Positions 30,848 through 40,432 of a stretch of DNA of 64,000 nucleotides are shown piece after piece. The stretch is from NCBI GenBank assembly GCA_965223345.1, contig CBDCWG010000012.1:1440001-1504000 (forward strand), written 5' to 3'. The notes beneath the pieces are model-generated. The model was not told where the DNA came from, searched no databases, and worked only from the letters and a program-made list of their open reading frames with translations. Both the position numbers and the translations under genes were made by a program. Each line of letters starts with the position of its first letter. Within the stretch, counting starts at the first letter, position 1. This DNA comes from Nitrospinales bacterium. GTDB taxonomy: Bacteria; Nitrospinota; Nitrospinia; Nitrospinales; VA-1.

Positions 30848-30876
30848 AATGTCTGCTTCTGGCCGATAGCAGACTT
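30848..30876. repeat. Palindromic boundary element, copy 3 (half element)
   Basis: AATGTCTGCTTCTGGCCGATAGCAGACTT. Confidence 0.7.
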
Positions 30877-31066
30877 TTATCCCGCATCTGCTTTAAAGAA
30901 GTGAAACGCTTATCTGGAAGTTATCTCAATGGCCGAGTTGGGGAATTAACTGAACTTTAAGGACGTGGGAACAGTGGAATGATGAGAAAAACAACTGATC
31001 GACAATCAGTTGTTGGGATGGCCTATTTTTCTCTGTCAAGGTTTGCTCTGACTTCTAATTTAACCC

Positions 31067-31093
31067 TGGATTCATTTATTGGGGGGCAGGTCA
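31067..31093 (-). mobile_element. IS3-type right terminal inverted repeat
   Basis: Reverse complement is TGACCTGCCCCCCAATAAATGAATCCA, matching the left ends at 18467 and 31188. Confidence 0.7.
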
Positions 31094-31187
31094 ATGGAGA
31101 GGTTGAGATTGGGGAGCGGCGAGCGACGAGTCAGGTAAAAATGAAAAAGGAGAGGTGCCCCCATACAAGTTAAAGCTTGTGCGGCTC

Positions 31188-31260
31188 TGACCTGCCCCCC
31201 AATAAACTGGTCCAGTTGTTGGGTTAGGATTTGGACCTGAATCTTGTTTCAGGGGAGGCA
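31188..31260 (+). mobile_element. Second IS3-type left-end remnant
   Basis: TGACCTGCCCCCCAATAAACTGGTC...TGAATCTT...GGAGGCA, homologous to 18467-18538. Confidence 0.7.
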
Positions 31261-31615
31261 GGCCTTGTTTAGTTTATTCTTACCGAAGCGGTTAATTGAG
31301 CTTGTAGATTTTTTCCCAAATGCGATATGTGTTGACCCATGATATCCCGATGTCAATAAATAAGAACTATTTTTACTCAATACTGCTTTATTAGATGAGT
31401 GGGCAATGCAGTGGTTACGCGCCGATAAAGAACAAGTATTGTATTAAATACAGTTCAGAAGGTAATGGAATTTAATCGATAATAATGACTCCGACTAAGG
31501 GGCAGATTTATTAACCTATAATATCCCTGTAGGTAAATTAAATTTATGAGTAATTGATAAAAGATGCCATTTATTGTAAGCTTCGCGCATCTTGTACAGC
31601 TTTCAAGGTCGGGCT

Positions 31616-32578
31616 ATGAAACCTTTAAGAAAACAAAAAACTCTCTGTACGTTTCTTGTTGCTAGCCTCCTTTGGATTTCGGCGTTGTTTGACGGAATGG
31701 ATGCGCACGCCGGCGAAAGAGTTAAGTGGATTTCGATCAATTCCCGCATAGGTGGTCTAACATCCTTATCTGATCTTGAGGGGTGCCGGGAATGTCATGC
31801 AGAATACATCAAGGGGTTTGAGCGGACCAAGCACGCGCGGGCGTTTCGCGCTGGTTTGGGTAAAGGTAATGGTCTGTACTGCGAGGAATGTCATGGCCCC
31901 CTTGGAAACCACAGAGACGATCCGGTCAAAGAGGCCGGGACTCAGCTTGTGGTTTCATTCAAAAATATTTCTTCTGACACGAAAAATCGAATTTGCATGC
32001 AGTGTCATGAGAAAGGGTTGCGCATGGACTGGCGCGGTAGCCCGCACGAGGCCACAGGAGTCAGTTGCACCAATTGCCATTATGTGACGAAAAAAAGAAG
32101 CAAGCGAACGCTGTTTATATATGAGGATTCCAAAAACGCTTGCTTCCAGTGTCACCGTGGTTTGAAAGCCAAGTTACTCAGAAATTCCCACCATCCTTTG
32201 CGGGAAGGGAAAATGGATTGCGCGAGCTGCCACAACCCTCACGGCGGCCACGGTCCCAGCCTTCTCAAAATGGCGACCGTCAACGAAACCTGCACTAGTT
32301 GTCACCAGGAAAAACGAGGCCCTTACGTTTGGGAACACGCGCCCGTAAGAGAAAGTTGCCTCACTTGTCATGAAGCGCATGGATCGAACTTCAGTCGCCT
32401 TATGAAACGCAAGGCTCCCTTTATTTGCAATGAATGTCATGTGAGCGGAGGCCACGTGAGTTCTCTGAAGGATGGCTCGGCTCTTGGTTCACAGTTTTTC
32501 AGAGGTAAATCTTGTCTGAATTGCCATAGCAAAATTCATGGATCAAACCATCCCTCCGGGGCTAGGTTGCAGCGATAG
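31616..32578 (+). CDS. Periplasmic decaheme cytochrome c, MtrA/MtoA/PioA/DmsE family
   Basis: Exactly 10 CxxCH motifs; EKRGPYVWEHAPV; C-terminal IHGSNHPSG; signal peptide. Confidence 0.93.
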   Translation: MKPLRKQKTLCTFLVASLLWISALFDGMDAHAGERVKWISINSRIGGLTSLSDLEGCRECHAEYIKGFERTKHARAFRAGLGKGNGLYCEECHGPLGNHRDDPVKEAGTQLVVSFKNISSDTKNRICMQCHEKGLRMDWRGSPHEATGVSCTNCHYVTKKRSKRTLFIYEDSKNACFQCHRGLKAKLLRNSHHPLREGKMDCASCHNPHGGHGPSLLKMATVNETCTSCHQEKRGPYVWEHAPVRESCLTCHEAHGSNFSRLMKRKAPFICNECHVSGGHVSSLKDGSALGSQFFRGKSCLNCHSKIHGSNHPSGARLQR

Positions 32579-32657
32579 TGAAAATTGACTGAGATATTTG
32601 TTCGCACCGAATGGGTTCGCCTGATTGGCCGGAAATGAAATCAAAGAGGGCAGCGTC

Positions 32658-34763
32658 ATGATTCCGAAACAGTGGCCGGTATGGATGGTTCTGATTTTAT
32701 TGGTCCTATGGCCCGGTTCAGCCTATTCTCAAGAGGGCCAGCCTGCTACAGAAAACATTAAAGGATCGGTTACGCTGGGTGGCGCTGGGGTGAGCCTGAA
32801 TAGGGAATCTTTCAAGTTTGGAGAGTACACGGGAATCGAAGACACAGGCGGATATTTTGTCGGGGAAGCGGATCTCAGTTACACGCGGGATACCTACTAC
32901 GCGGATTTTTTTATCGACAACCTGGGGCTGGAAAACCGAAATGTCTATTTTGAAGTGGGGGAGTTGGGTAATTATAGTGGATTTGCAGAGTTCGACCAGC
33001 AGCCCCATCTGCTCTCAAATACCGGAGAAACGAGCTTTCAGGGAGTGGGCGGAACAAATTTGACCGGCGGCTCCAGTGTGGGGCCATTTCGTCCCTTCGA
33101 TCAGGATACGAATACCGATTCCATTCACGTTGGATTCAAAAAGACCATCGGCAAGGATAATGACTTTTTTATGTCTTACCGCCGGGTGGAAAAAGATGGA
33201 ATCGAGGACCTGGGCGCCACATTTGGTTTCGTGAATCCCACGATTCTTCCCGATCCGGTGGATCAAGTCACGAATGAGGTGCGAGCGTATTTGGCTCACA
33301 ACGGGGAAAAGATGCAGGTAAAACTTGAGTATTTTCTTTCTCTGTTTGAAAACAAGAACCAGTCCATTTTCTTCAACAATCCCTTTGCGGCGGGGAATGG
33401 GTTGATTTCACGTGATCCCGATAACACCTACCACAAGGTGAGCCTGTCGGGAGGAATGAACCTATCGTCCACCACCCGGGTTACGGGGATCGCTGAATAC
33501 GGAAGGATGAGTCAGGGTGAACAGCTGCTCGGCTTCAGTATTAATCCTGCTGCGGTGGTCGCAACTCCAGTGCCCAGACAAAGTGCGGATGCAGGAATAC
33601 ACACCATTCACCTGGGCCTCAAGCTAGCAACGCGACCGTTGCCGAAATTGTCTCTGGGAGCAAGTTACAAATTTTATCAAACGATCAATGACACTCCTAG
33701 TCAACTTTTTCTATACATCCCCAATGATGGAACAGCCCAGAATGCCATCACGGCTTCGAACGCCTTGTTTACCCAACCGTACGATTATATCCAAAATAAG
33801 GCCGGACTGTCCGCTGTTTATCGTGCTCCGCTGAGCACCACTCTGAAACTGAATTACGATGTGGACTGGCGCAACCGGGACCGTCGCGCCGTGGAAAATA
33901 CGGTGGAGCAGATCACGAAGGCGAGTGTGCGGTTCGGTCATCTTGATTTTATGGAAACCTATGTTCATGCTTCCTATGCCAACCGGCGTGCTGATGAGTA
34001 TGACTCCAGCCAGGTTTTCAACACCCGCCACACAGCGCAGTTCATTGGTACGGGTGCCACGTTTGATGTGTTTCCGGATCTGGCGCAAACGGACATTGCC
34101 AACCGCGAACGAATTAAGGTTGGCACCGATCTCAATTTCTTTCTCTTCCCTGTCATTCCAGAACTGACTTTTGGCTTGAGTTACTTTTACATCGACAACG
34201 ATTATCCCAATAGCACACTGGGGCTCACCAAGTCTACGAATCACAATGTCTCATTCGACATCACTTATGCGGGTAAGTATGAAACTTTTTATATGTACTA
34301 CTCGTATGACGATGTTGATTCCGAACAGGAAGCAAGAGTGGTCAACGCGGATTTAGGCACCAACTACCAGACCGACCATGACGACAACACACATACCGTG
34401 GGCGTGGGAGGTAAGCTTGGATTCATGCAGAATAAGCTATGGGTGGGGGCGGATTATTCATTTTCGCAGACCATCTCAGATATCAGCTTTCTTGCCGAGC
34501 CAGGCGCCGGGGCCGGCGTCCCGTTGGATGATATCCAAGCGACACTGCACACCGTCAAGCTCAATTCCTATTATCATCTCGATGATAATATCGATGTTGG
34601 TGTGAAGTACCAAGGGCAACGCTACGACGCGGATAATTTTTTCACCGATGGAATCAGTCCGACCTCTCCGGGATTGGTTTTATTCCTCGGTGCCTCCAAT
34701 CCCAATTATTATGCTCATTTGGGATTGGTTTACGCTACCTACCATTTTGGCGGCCGCAATTGA
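32658..34763 (+). CDS. MtrB/MtoB/PioB family outer-membrane porin
   Basis: About 700 aa with signal peptide, FKFGEYTG, PVDQVT, ANRER; directly after the decaheme gene. Confidence 0.88.
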   Translation: MIPKQWPVWMVLILLVLWPGSAYSQEGQPATENIKGSVTLGGAGVSLNRESFKFGEYTGIEDTGGYFVGEADLSYTRDTYYADFFIDNLGLENRNVYFEVGELGNYSGFAEFDQQPHLLSNTGETSFQGVGGTNLTGGSSVGPFRPFDQDTNTDSIHVGFKKTIGKDNDFFMSYRRVEKDGIEDLGATFGFVNPTILPDPVDQVTNEVRAYLAHNGEKMQVKLEYFLSLFENKNQSIFFNNPFAAGNGLISRDPDNTYHKVSLSGGMNLSSTTRVTGIAEYGRMSQGEQLLGFSINPAAVVATPVPRQSADAGIHTIHLGLKLATRPLPKLSLGASYKFYQTINDTPSQLFLYIPNDGTAQNAITASNALFTQPYDYIQNKAGLSAVYRAPLSTTLKLNYDVDWRNRDRRAVENTVEQITKASVRFGHLDFMETYVHASYANRRADEYDSSQVFNTRHTAQFIGTGATFDVFPDLAQTDIANRERIKVGTDLNFFLFPVIPELTFGLSYFYIDNDYPNSTLGLTKSTNHNVSFDITYAGKYETFYMYYSYDDVDSEQEARVVNADLGTNYQTDHDDNTHTVGVGGKLGFMQNKLWVGADYSFSQTISDISFLAEPGAGAGVPLDDIQATLHTVKLNSYYHLDDNIDVGVKYQGQRYDADNFFTDGISPTSPGLVLFLGASNPNYYAHLGLVYATYHFGGRN

Positions 34764-34856
34764 TTTTCTAGCTTAGTTGAGATTCGGTAAAACTCCTTGT
34801 TTCATCCATTTCAAATAATTTTCTAAAAACCGGACACTATATGGGGTGGTCTTCGA

Positions 34857-35357
34857 TCAATTGGAGGAAGGTTCTTCTTTATTGACAACGTGGAAAAAGA
34901 TGACATCCGTGATCAGGGGAACATAAAGGATATGATTTCCATAGGAGAAAACCCCTCGGATGGTATGAGGACCATCTTCAAGATAAATCTTTCTGCAAGA
35001 TTCACCATTACCCAAGTGTATATAGTTTTGGTCCTTGATCATGGGTTCTGAAAGTACATCAGGACCTGGCAGGGGGACATCGACGAGAACGTGGTGATGG
35101 CCTTTCCCTTCATTATTACCGTTGATAGCTGGTTCCACCTCAAATCCATCGATACTAAAACAAATTTCAACGGGACTGGAAACGGTTGAAGACGGTGCTG
35201 GTTTTGTGACTTTTAAGACTCCATCATAAAGCTGATGCCCTGTGATATTGGTAATGATTTCATCTGTTTTCATGCACGAGTGTGTGTGACATCCCATGAA
35301 TGAAAATATCAAACCGAAAGCCAGAACTTGGATGCGTGTTTTCATAATAATCGCCAT
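34857..35357 (-). CDS. DUF4399-like lipoprotein
   Basis: FMGC lipobox; GHHHVLVD and IHLGNG motifs. Confidence 0.75.
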   Translation of the reverse strand: MAIIMKTRIQVLAFGLIFSFMGCHTHSCMKTDEIITNITGHQLYDGVLKVTKPAPSSTVSSPVEICFSIDGFEVEPAINGNNEGKGHHHVLVDVPLPGPDVLSEPMIKDQNYIHLGNGESCRKIYLEDGPHTIRGVFSYGNHILYVPLITDVIFFHVVNKEEPSSN

Positions 35358-35444
35358 GGTTGAAGGAACTATTTTCTTTGAGACAGTCGAAAATCAAAAA
35401 ACGATCAGGATATGAGTTTTTTGTGAGCAAGGTTCTTATAATTT

Positions 35445-38042
35445 TCAACGAGCGCAACGGAACCCGATGTCGCTGCTGCGGTTTTTGGGTACTACAAAAT
35501 AGGAACTTTCTGGCATCACGAAATGAGAATCGTCCATCCACGAACCGCCGCGTAGAACTTTAAAATTGTGATCGTGGGTCTGATCGATCCATTCCCAGAC
35601 ATTACCTGCCATGTCATACAGACCGAACTTATTGGGTGAAAAGCTGCCTACGGGCGCGGTTTTCCTGTAATCAAACTTGCTGCCGCAGCCGCCACAATTG
35701 GCTTGGTTTTCACCTAGCTCGTTGCCCCAATAGTATTTCGAAGCTGTACCACCTCGTGCCGCTTTTTCCCATTCATCTGAGGTGGGCAGCCGTTTCCCAA
35801 CGCGTCGACAGTATTCTTGGGCTTCCTCCCAGCTCACCGTTTCAACAGGAAAATCGTCGCCTTTGAAGTGGGAAGGGTTATTCCCCATAATTTTTTCAAA
35901 TTCTTTTTGAGAGACCTCATGGGTGTCGATATAAAATTCTGGTAGGGACCTGGTGCCTGTGGAACTATGTTTTCCCACAACGTATTCCCCCGCAGGAATC
36001 AGCACCATATTTCCCATGCCCGATGAATCTTGCTTAGAGGATTTAATATTTTCAGGATCGAGTCGGGCCACTTCCGGGTTCTCTCTGCTTTCTCTCTGTA
36101 ATCGTTCCTCTTCCAATCTACGTGCTTCCGCTTCTTCAGCCAGGCGCTTTTCCTTGGCGAGTCGTTCCTCTTCCAATCTTCGCGCTTCCGCTTCTTCAGC
36201 CAGGCGCTTCTCCTCGGCGAGCCGTTCCTCTTCCAATCTACGTGCCTCTGCTTCTTCAGCCAGGCGCTTCTCCTCAGCGAGCCGTTCCTCTTCTTCCAAT
36301 CTGCGCGCTTCTGCTTCTTCGGCCAGGCGCTGAACTTTAAGACGGAAAGCTTCTTCCTTTTGTTTCAGCTGCTCGCGTTTAGTTCTAAGTGCCTCGCGCT
36401 CAGCGATTATCCAATCGCGTTCTTTTTTTTGGGATTCAATTTCAACAGTGATGTGCTTTCTTTTTTTCTCTATCTCAATCTCTTCCTCAATCTGTTTGAT
36501 TTTGGAAAGGGCGAAGTCTTTCTTGGGATTGTTTTCCGGATAGGTTTTCAAAAATACCTGCCACGCCGAAATTTTTTTGTCTGACCCTATGTCTTGCTGA
36601 TCCATATCCATGAGTGAGGAAAACTGATTTTCGATCTCCTCATGAAACTTTTTATTTTTCAATTGCTGAATTCTTTTCTGAGCGATGTCCAAATAAGAAT
36701 TATACTTTGGGTACTTTTTCATGAAATCCTGCCAGGAAGAAATTTTATCATCCAATGGACCTCTTCCCTGGTCTAGCTCCATAAGACTGGCAAACCGGGT
36801 ATATATTTCCTCTTTTTGTGGATCGTTTTCGTTGGCAGATTTCTCATTAAGATTTTTCAGAATTCTTTTTGCCTCTTCTACGCGATGATTTGTGGGAGGA
36901 TACAGGGAGATGAAGTCCTTCCAGAGTTTTATTCTGGTCTGTTTGGATGCGGTATCATCAATAGTATCCAATTCCTTGAGCTTCTTGAAATGTTTTTCGA
37001 TACGGCGGCTGCGTTCTCCACGGCTAATTGACATTTCTTGAGCCATTGCAACCACACTATCCAAAATACGACCCGTATCTTTGCGGTCATCAGTTAGAAC
37101 GGTGGTTCCGGAATCTTCATCGCCGGAATTAGCGGGAGCCCATTTAACAGGGAAAACGAAATCTCCCTTGTTCAATAATCGGTTCTGAATTTTTCCATAC
37201 CGTGGAGTCTGGGTGCGGCGGCTCAGGTTTGTGACGGTTTCTTCGATGAACAACCCCAATTCAGAACCGGTAACGTATCCATCATTGTTGCCATCGGCTT
37301 CACCTTCAAGGGCCGATATGAACTGCCTTCGGAAGATGCTGATGTCGGGAACGACTTGGTTCGAAGTGCCGGAAGTGATGAATTGCCGCACGGGTTCCCC
37401 GGTTCGTTGCTGAATATCTTGGGGAATGGCCCGGCTGAGTCCGAAAAGTGTGCCGGAAAAACAGCTGTCAAAAACGAACATGGCGTGCTTTGCCTCGATG
37501 GTTAAGGCGATGCCTTCAATGGCACGCATGCTCAAGGAATGGGCGAAAAACTGGGAAATGTCTTCTTTGGGGTCTGGTGCATCCCGGCCGACAAGATAGC
37601 CCATCCATTCTTCGGGATCATTGGTTGCGTAATTGGGTTTGTGGGTGTGACCATGCCCGGCATAATAAAACAGCAGCCGGTTTTCTGGGTTGAGCCCGTA
37701 ATTCAATACAAAATTCTTGAACGCGGCTTCGAGTTGTTCTTGATTTGGATCCTCGACCGTCACGACATGAAAGCCCACTTTTTCCAGAACCTTTCTAACA
37801 GCCACAACATCCTCTTTGACTCCGGGCAGGCGGGGCCAGCCTCCGGTGTAGTCGCTGACACCAATCACCAAGGCATGACTTTCCTCGTACAGAGTGATTT
37901 GATTTCCTTTATCGTCGTTGACAGGGACGGAAACGATGCCGCGGCTCAATGCCAAGGCAATGGAGATAGACCCCAAAAGAAAGACTCCACTAAGGACAAT
38001 GGTAAAAAGAATAGAGGAGAAGAGCTTTTTCATTTCAATCAC
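35445..38042 (-). CDS. Secreted caspase-family (C14) domain, coiled-coil stalk and FGE-sulfatase (SUMF1-like) domain fusion
   Basis: YYAGHG and FDSCFSG dyad motifs; RLPTSDEWEKAARG, YDMAGNVWEW, RGGSW, GFRC. Confidence 0.88.
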   Translation of the reverse strand: MIEMKKLFSSILFTIVLSGVFLLGSISIALALSRGIVSVPVNDDKGNQITLYEESHALVIGVSDYTGGWPRLPGVKEDVVAVRKVLEKVGFHVVTVEDPNQEQLEAAFKNFVLNYGLNPENRLLFYYAGHGHTHKPNYATNDPEEWMGYLVGRDAPDPKEDISQFFAHSLSMRAIEGIALTIEAKHAMFVFDSCFSGTLFGLSRAIPQDIQQRTGEPVRQFITSGTSNQVVPDISIFRRQFISALEGEADGNNDGYVTGSELGLFIEETVTNLSRRTQTPRYGKIQNRLLNKGDFVFPVKWAPANSGDEDSGTTVLTDDRKDTGRILDSVVAMAQEMSISRGERSRRIEKHFKKLKELDTIDDTASKQTRIKLWKDFISLYPPTNHRVEEAKRILKNLNEKSANENDPQKEEIYTRFASLMELDQGRGPLDDKISSWQDFMKKYPKYNSYLDIAQKRIQQLKNKKFHEEIENQFSSLMDMDQQDIGSDKKISAWQVFLKTYPENNPKKDFALSKIKQIEEEIEIEKKRKHITVEIESQKKERDWIIAEREALRTKREQLKQKEEAFRLKVQRLAEEAEARRLEEEERLAEEKRLAEEAEARRLEEERLAEEKRLAEEAEARRLEEERLAKEKRLAEEAEARRLEEERLQRESRENPEVARLDPENIKSSKQDSSGMGNMVLIPAGEYVVGKHSSTGTRSLPEFYIDTHEVSQKEFEKIMGNNPSHFKGDDFPVETVSWEEAQEYCRRVGKRLPTSDEWEKAARGGTASKYYWGNELGENQANCGGCGSKFDYRKTAPVGSFSPNKFGLYDMAGNVWEWIDQTHDHNFKVLRGGSWMDDSHFVMPESSYFVVPKNRSSDIGFRCAR
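36101..36330. repeat. In-frame 60-bp tandem repeat (about 4 units)
   Basis: Encodes RLAEEAEARRLEEERLAEEK units; one unit has an extra Glu. Confidence 0.9.
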
Positions 38043-38474
38043 CCCTTAATAAAGATCAAGACGATAAAAATGGCATGATTGATTTAACGATCTCCCGAAC
38101 TCAGTTTTCCAGCCCTGCTACGTTGCCCTAAGAACCGGATATTTGTGGAGGGGGAGGCCGATCATATTATTTCCGGATTTTGGGTCAATTGTGGTTGCTG
38201 TATGGTAAATCCTTATACCTTATAAACCTTGTTAGTCCCATCTTTCAATTAATTTTCAATCTACAAGGCCCCACTATACGGGCCAGTATTTTCCCGATTT
38301 CATGAATTATCTAAATAATATCTGTCCTTTTTATTTCTAATCAATTGTTTACGTCAGAAAAGGACTATTCAACTGATGAATGGTTGCTGGTATGCTTGGT
38401 AAAAAGCATTCATTTAAAGTACTTTCCTTAAAATCTGAAAGAGGTGGCCCAGTTGGTTCCGGGCCACCGCCTAT

Positions 38475-38840
38475 TCAGCGAGGAACTGTTACGAGTGGGA
38501 ACCTCTCGGGTCTATTCGGTCTCCAAGGATTGCCCGTTGGAGGGCGGGGATGGTTCATATATAAACAGGGGTGATTGCTGGTGGGGTCGATCCTGAATTT
38601 CTTGCAATATTCATTTAAGTCTAGAACAGGGGGGGAAGGGTAGGTCGGATCTTCTACACACGGCGACGGATAAGTTTTGATCCAAACTTTGTCCCCGCAG
38701 GGAGGCTTGGGGGGCGGAAATCCGTAACCTGGCGGAGTAGTCGGATCATGAGGAACTTCCCATGCCTGGCTGCTTCCCGTCATTGCCAACGCGAAAGCCA
38801 TAATCAATGCCAATACACCGAGTGACGTTATTTTTTTCAT
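38475..38840 (-). CDS. Small secreted Pro-rich protein with 4 Cys (array member 7)
   Basis: Signal peptide MKKITS...TGSSQA; AAGGG RBS; hairpin at about 38443-38468 downstream. Confidence 0.75.
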   Translation of the reverse strand: MKKITSLGVLALIMAFALAMTGSSQAWEVPHDPTTPPGYGFPPPKPPCGDKVWIKTYPSPCVEDPTYPSPPVLDLNEYCKKFRIDPTSNHPCLYMNHPRPPTGNPWRPNRPERFPLVTVPR

Positions 38841-38983
38841 TGTTCTAGTCCCCTTAACTTTATGAATTACAGGTGGTTTGACTTTCCTTTGTTTAAATAA
38901 TTCTTCAACCAGATCCAGAATGCTTGATAAAGGCTTAGATGAAAGCAAAACTCATTGCTTTTCAACGTCTATTCGTACTTGAA

Positions 38984-39394
38984 TTAAAAGCAAAACTCCT
39001 GTTGTCCCAGTTTGCATAGTTCCAACCGGGTTTCCTGTTTCTGAAGCTCCAGGTCGGATATGATCCTGGTATTTTCCTGCTGATAACTCGACCGGGCTCT
39101 TCCGTCCGCCCCGGAGAACGCATTGAATTGCGGTCTCCCGACCGAGGACCCGCCGAAGAAACCGCCCATTGCCATCGAACTTTGATCGAAACTCTGTTGA
39201 TAAGGCTGGCGGTAAGGATGGTTTGCAGGAAGTTCGGGTCTTTTCTCTGAAAAATAAGCGTTTCCTTCTGCGGGAGCGGGAACCACTTGCACCGCTTCGG
39301 CTTGAGCCGAGACTTCGGTCGCAGACCACCCCCCTCCCAAAAGGAACCCCGTAATGGCGGCAACTAAAATCAATCGACTCCTGGGCTTATTCAT
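38984..39394 (-). CDS. Small secreted protein (array member 6)
   Basis: Signal peptide; shares the CTTGCTAAGGGAG leader; C-terminal Cys pair. Confidence 0.7.
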   Translation of the reverse strand: MNKPRSRLILVAAITGFLLGGGWSATEVSAQAEAVQVVPAPAEGNAYFSEKRPELPANHPYRQPYQQSFDQSSMAMGGFFGGSSVGRPQFNAFSGADGRARSSYQQENTRIISDLELQKQETRLELCKLGQQEFCF

Positions 39395-39614
39395 TTTAGT
39401 TCCTCCCTTAGCAAGAGCTAAAAATCAATGGGTTTATAATATTCTTCTGTTTGGGGGCAACGCATTGCCCGCCTCCTAAACCGGTGAAATGGTGCTTTCC
39501 CGCAGCCAGCGACAGGATCGAGCTGGCACCGGTTTATTGGACGAATCTTCTGGCCCGGGTTGGTCTCCTTGCAGGAGCTTTTGGCACCGGCTTCCCCCCA
39601 ACGATTATGATTCC

Positions 39615-39833
39615 CTACTTTGCCCCTGTATCCAGGTTTTGCTGTTTTGCTTTTGGGAGAGGAAACTTTATTTTCTCCCGCGAAATTATATTTTTAAGTG
39701 GAGGTTCCGGAAGAGGGTTGAATGCTTGCCTGCCTGGGGGTTCCGGTTGTGGATTAAAAGCTTCGGAATATTCTGTCATGGCAACCGACGTGACTGCTGC
39801 GATTGCGATTATTGAAATGATTATCTTTTTCAT
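39615..39833 (-). CDS. Small secreted NPQPEPP-motif protein (array member 5; may be interrupted by TAG)
   Basis: Signal peptide, FNPQPEPP/FNPLPEPP repeat, conserved leader. Confidence 0.7.
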   Translation of the reverse strand: MKKIIISIIAIAAVTSVAMTEYSEAFNPQPEPPGRQAFNPLPEPPLKNIISREKIKFPLPKAKQQNLDTGAK

Positions 39834-39841
39834 TTGAATCT

Positions 39842-39938
39842 CTCCCTTAGCAAGGATTGATACAGTTATTAAAATACGGCTGCTTCGGTGAGATTGACCA
39901 CAAACCTCTGCAGCCGGTGATGCAAAGTTTTACGCGCA
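39842..39938. repeat. About 97-bp duplicated upstream region (second copy at 40753-40851)
   Basis: CTCCCTTAGCAAGGATTGATACAGTTATTAAAATACG...CAGCCGGTGATGCA...TTTTACGCGCA shared by both copies. Confidence 0.85.
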
Positions 39939-40055
39939 GCCAGCGACGATTCTGTCGCTGGCTGCTTGATCTATGCACACATTTCCATTCAAGAATTCTT
40001 AATCAAAGATAGCCAATTGTTATTTGGCGGATTTGTCTCTTAGTGATAAATATCG

Positions 40056-40307
40056 TTACCGTTTGCAAACCCATCGCGTTCCTGCAGGTTGTCCGTATTT
40101 ACCTAAAACGACAATGGCTATCCATTTCCCACCGCTCAGCTGACATGCCAGACGCGGGTTCAAATACCTATTTTGCAATATGTTCTTTTGCGGTGTTTGA
40201 GGTTGTAGTCTGTCCCCAAAAATTCCTGGACCCGCTTCACTGCTTCCGGTCATCATGAATGTAGTGACTGCTGCGATTGCAATTGTTGAAATGATTGTCC
40301 TTTTCAT
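40056..40307 (-). CDS. Small secreted cationic protein, C-x25-C (array member 4)
   Basis: Signal peptide MKRTIISTIAIAAVTTFMMTGSSEA; conserved leader. Confidence 0.75.
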   Translation of the reverse strand: MKRTIISTIAIAAVTTFMMTGSSEAGPGIFGDRLQPQTPQKNILQNRYLNPRLACQLSGGKWIAIVVLGKYGQPAGTRWVCKR

Positions 40308-40432
40308 TTGAATCTCTCCCTTAGCAAGGATTGATAAAATGATGTTTTGCAGAATTCACCTGAATTTCTTCTCAACAGAATGGAATCCAGGTGAATTCTA
40401 TGCAATCCATTGAAAATGAAGACACATTCAGT

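Noticed and set aside
35445..35560. FGE-sulfatase C-terminus as a diversity-generating retroelement target
   Set aside because: No reverse transcriptase and no adenine-variant template repeat visible in the window; a remote DGR cannot be excluded
36101..36330. 60-bp repeats as a CRISPR array
   Set aside because: Contiguous in-frame coding repeats with no unique spacers and no cas genes
39847..39990. Cys-rich mini-ORF in the duplicated leader (minus strand)
   Set aside because: No convincing start or RBS, and the second copy has an in-frame stop
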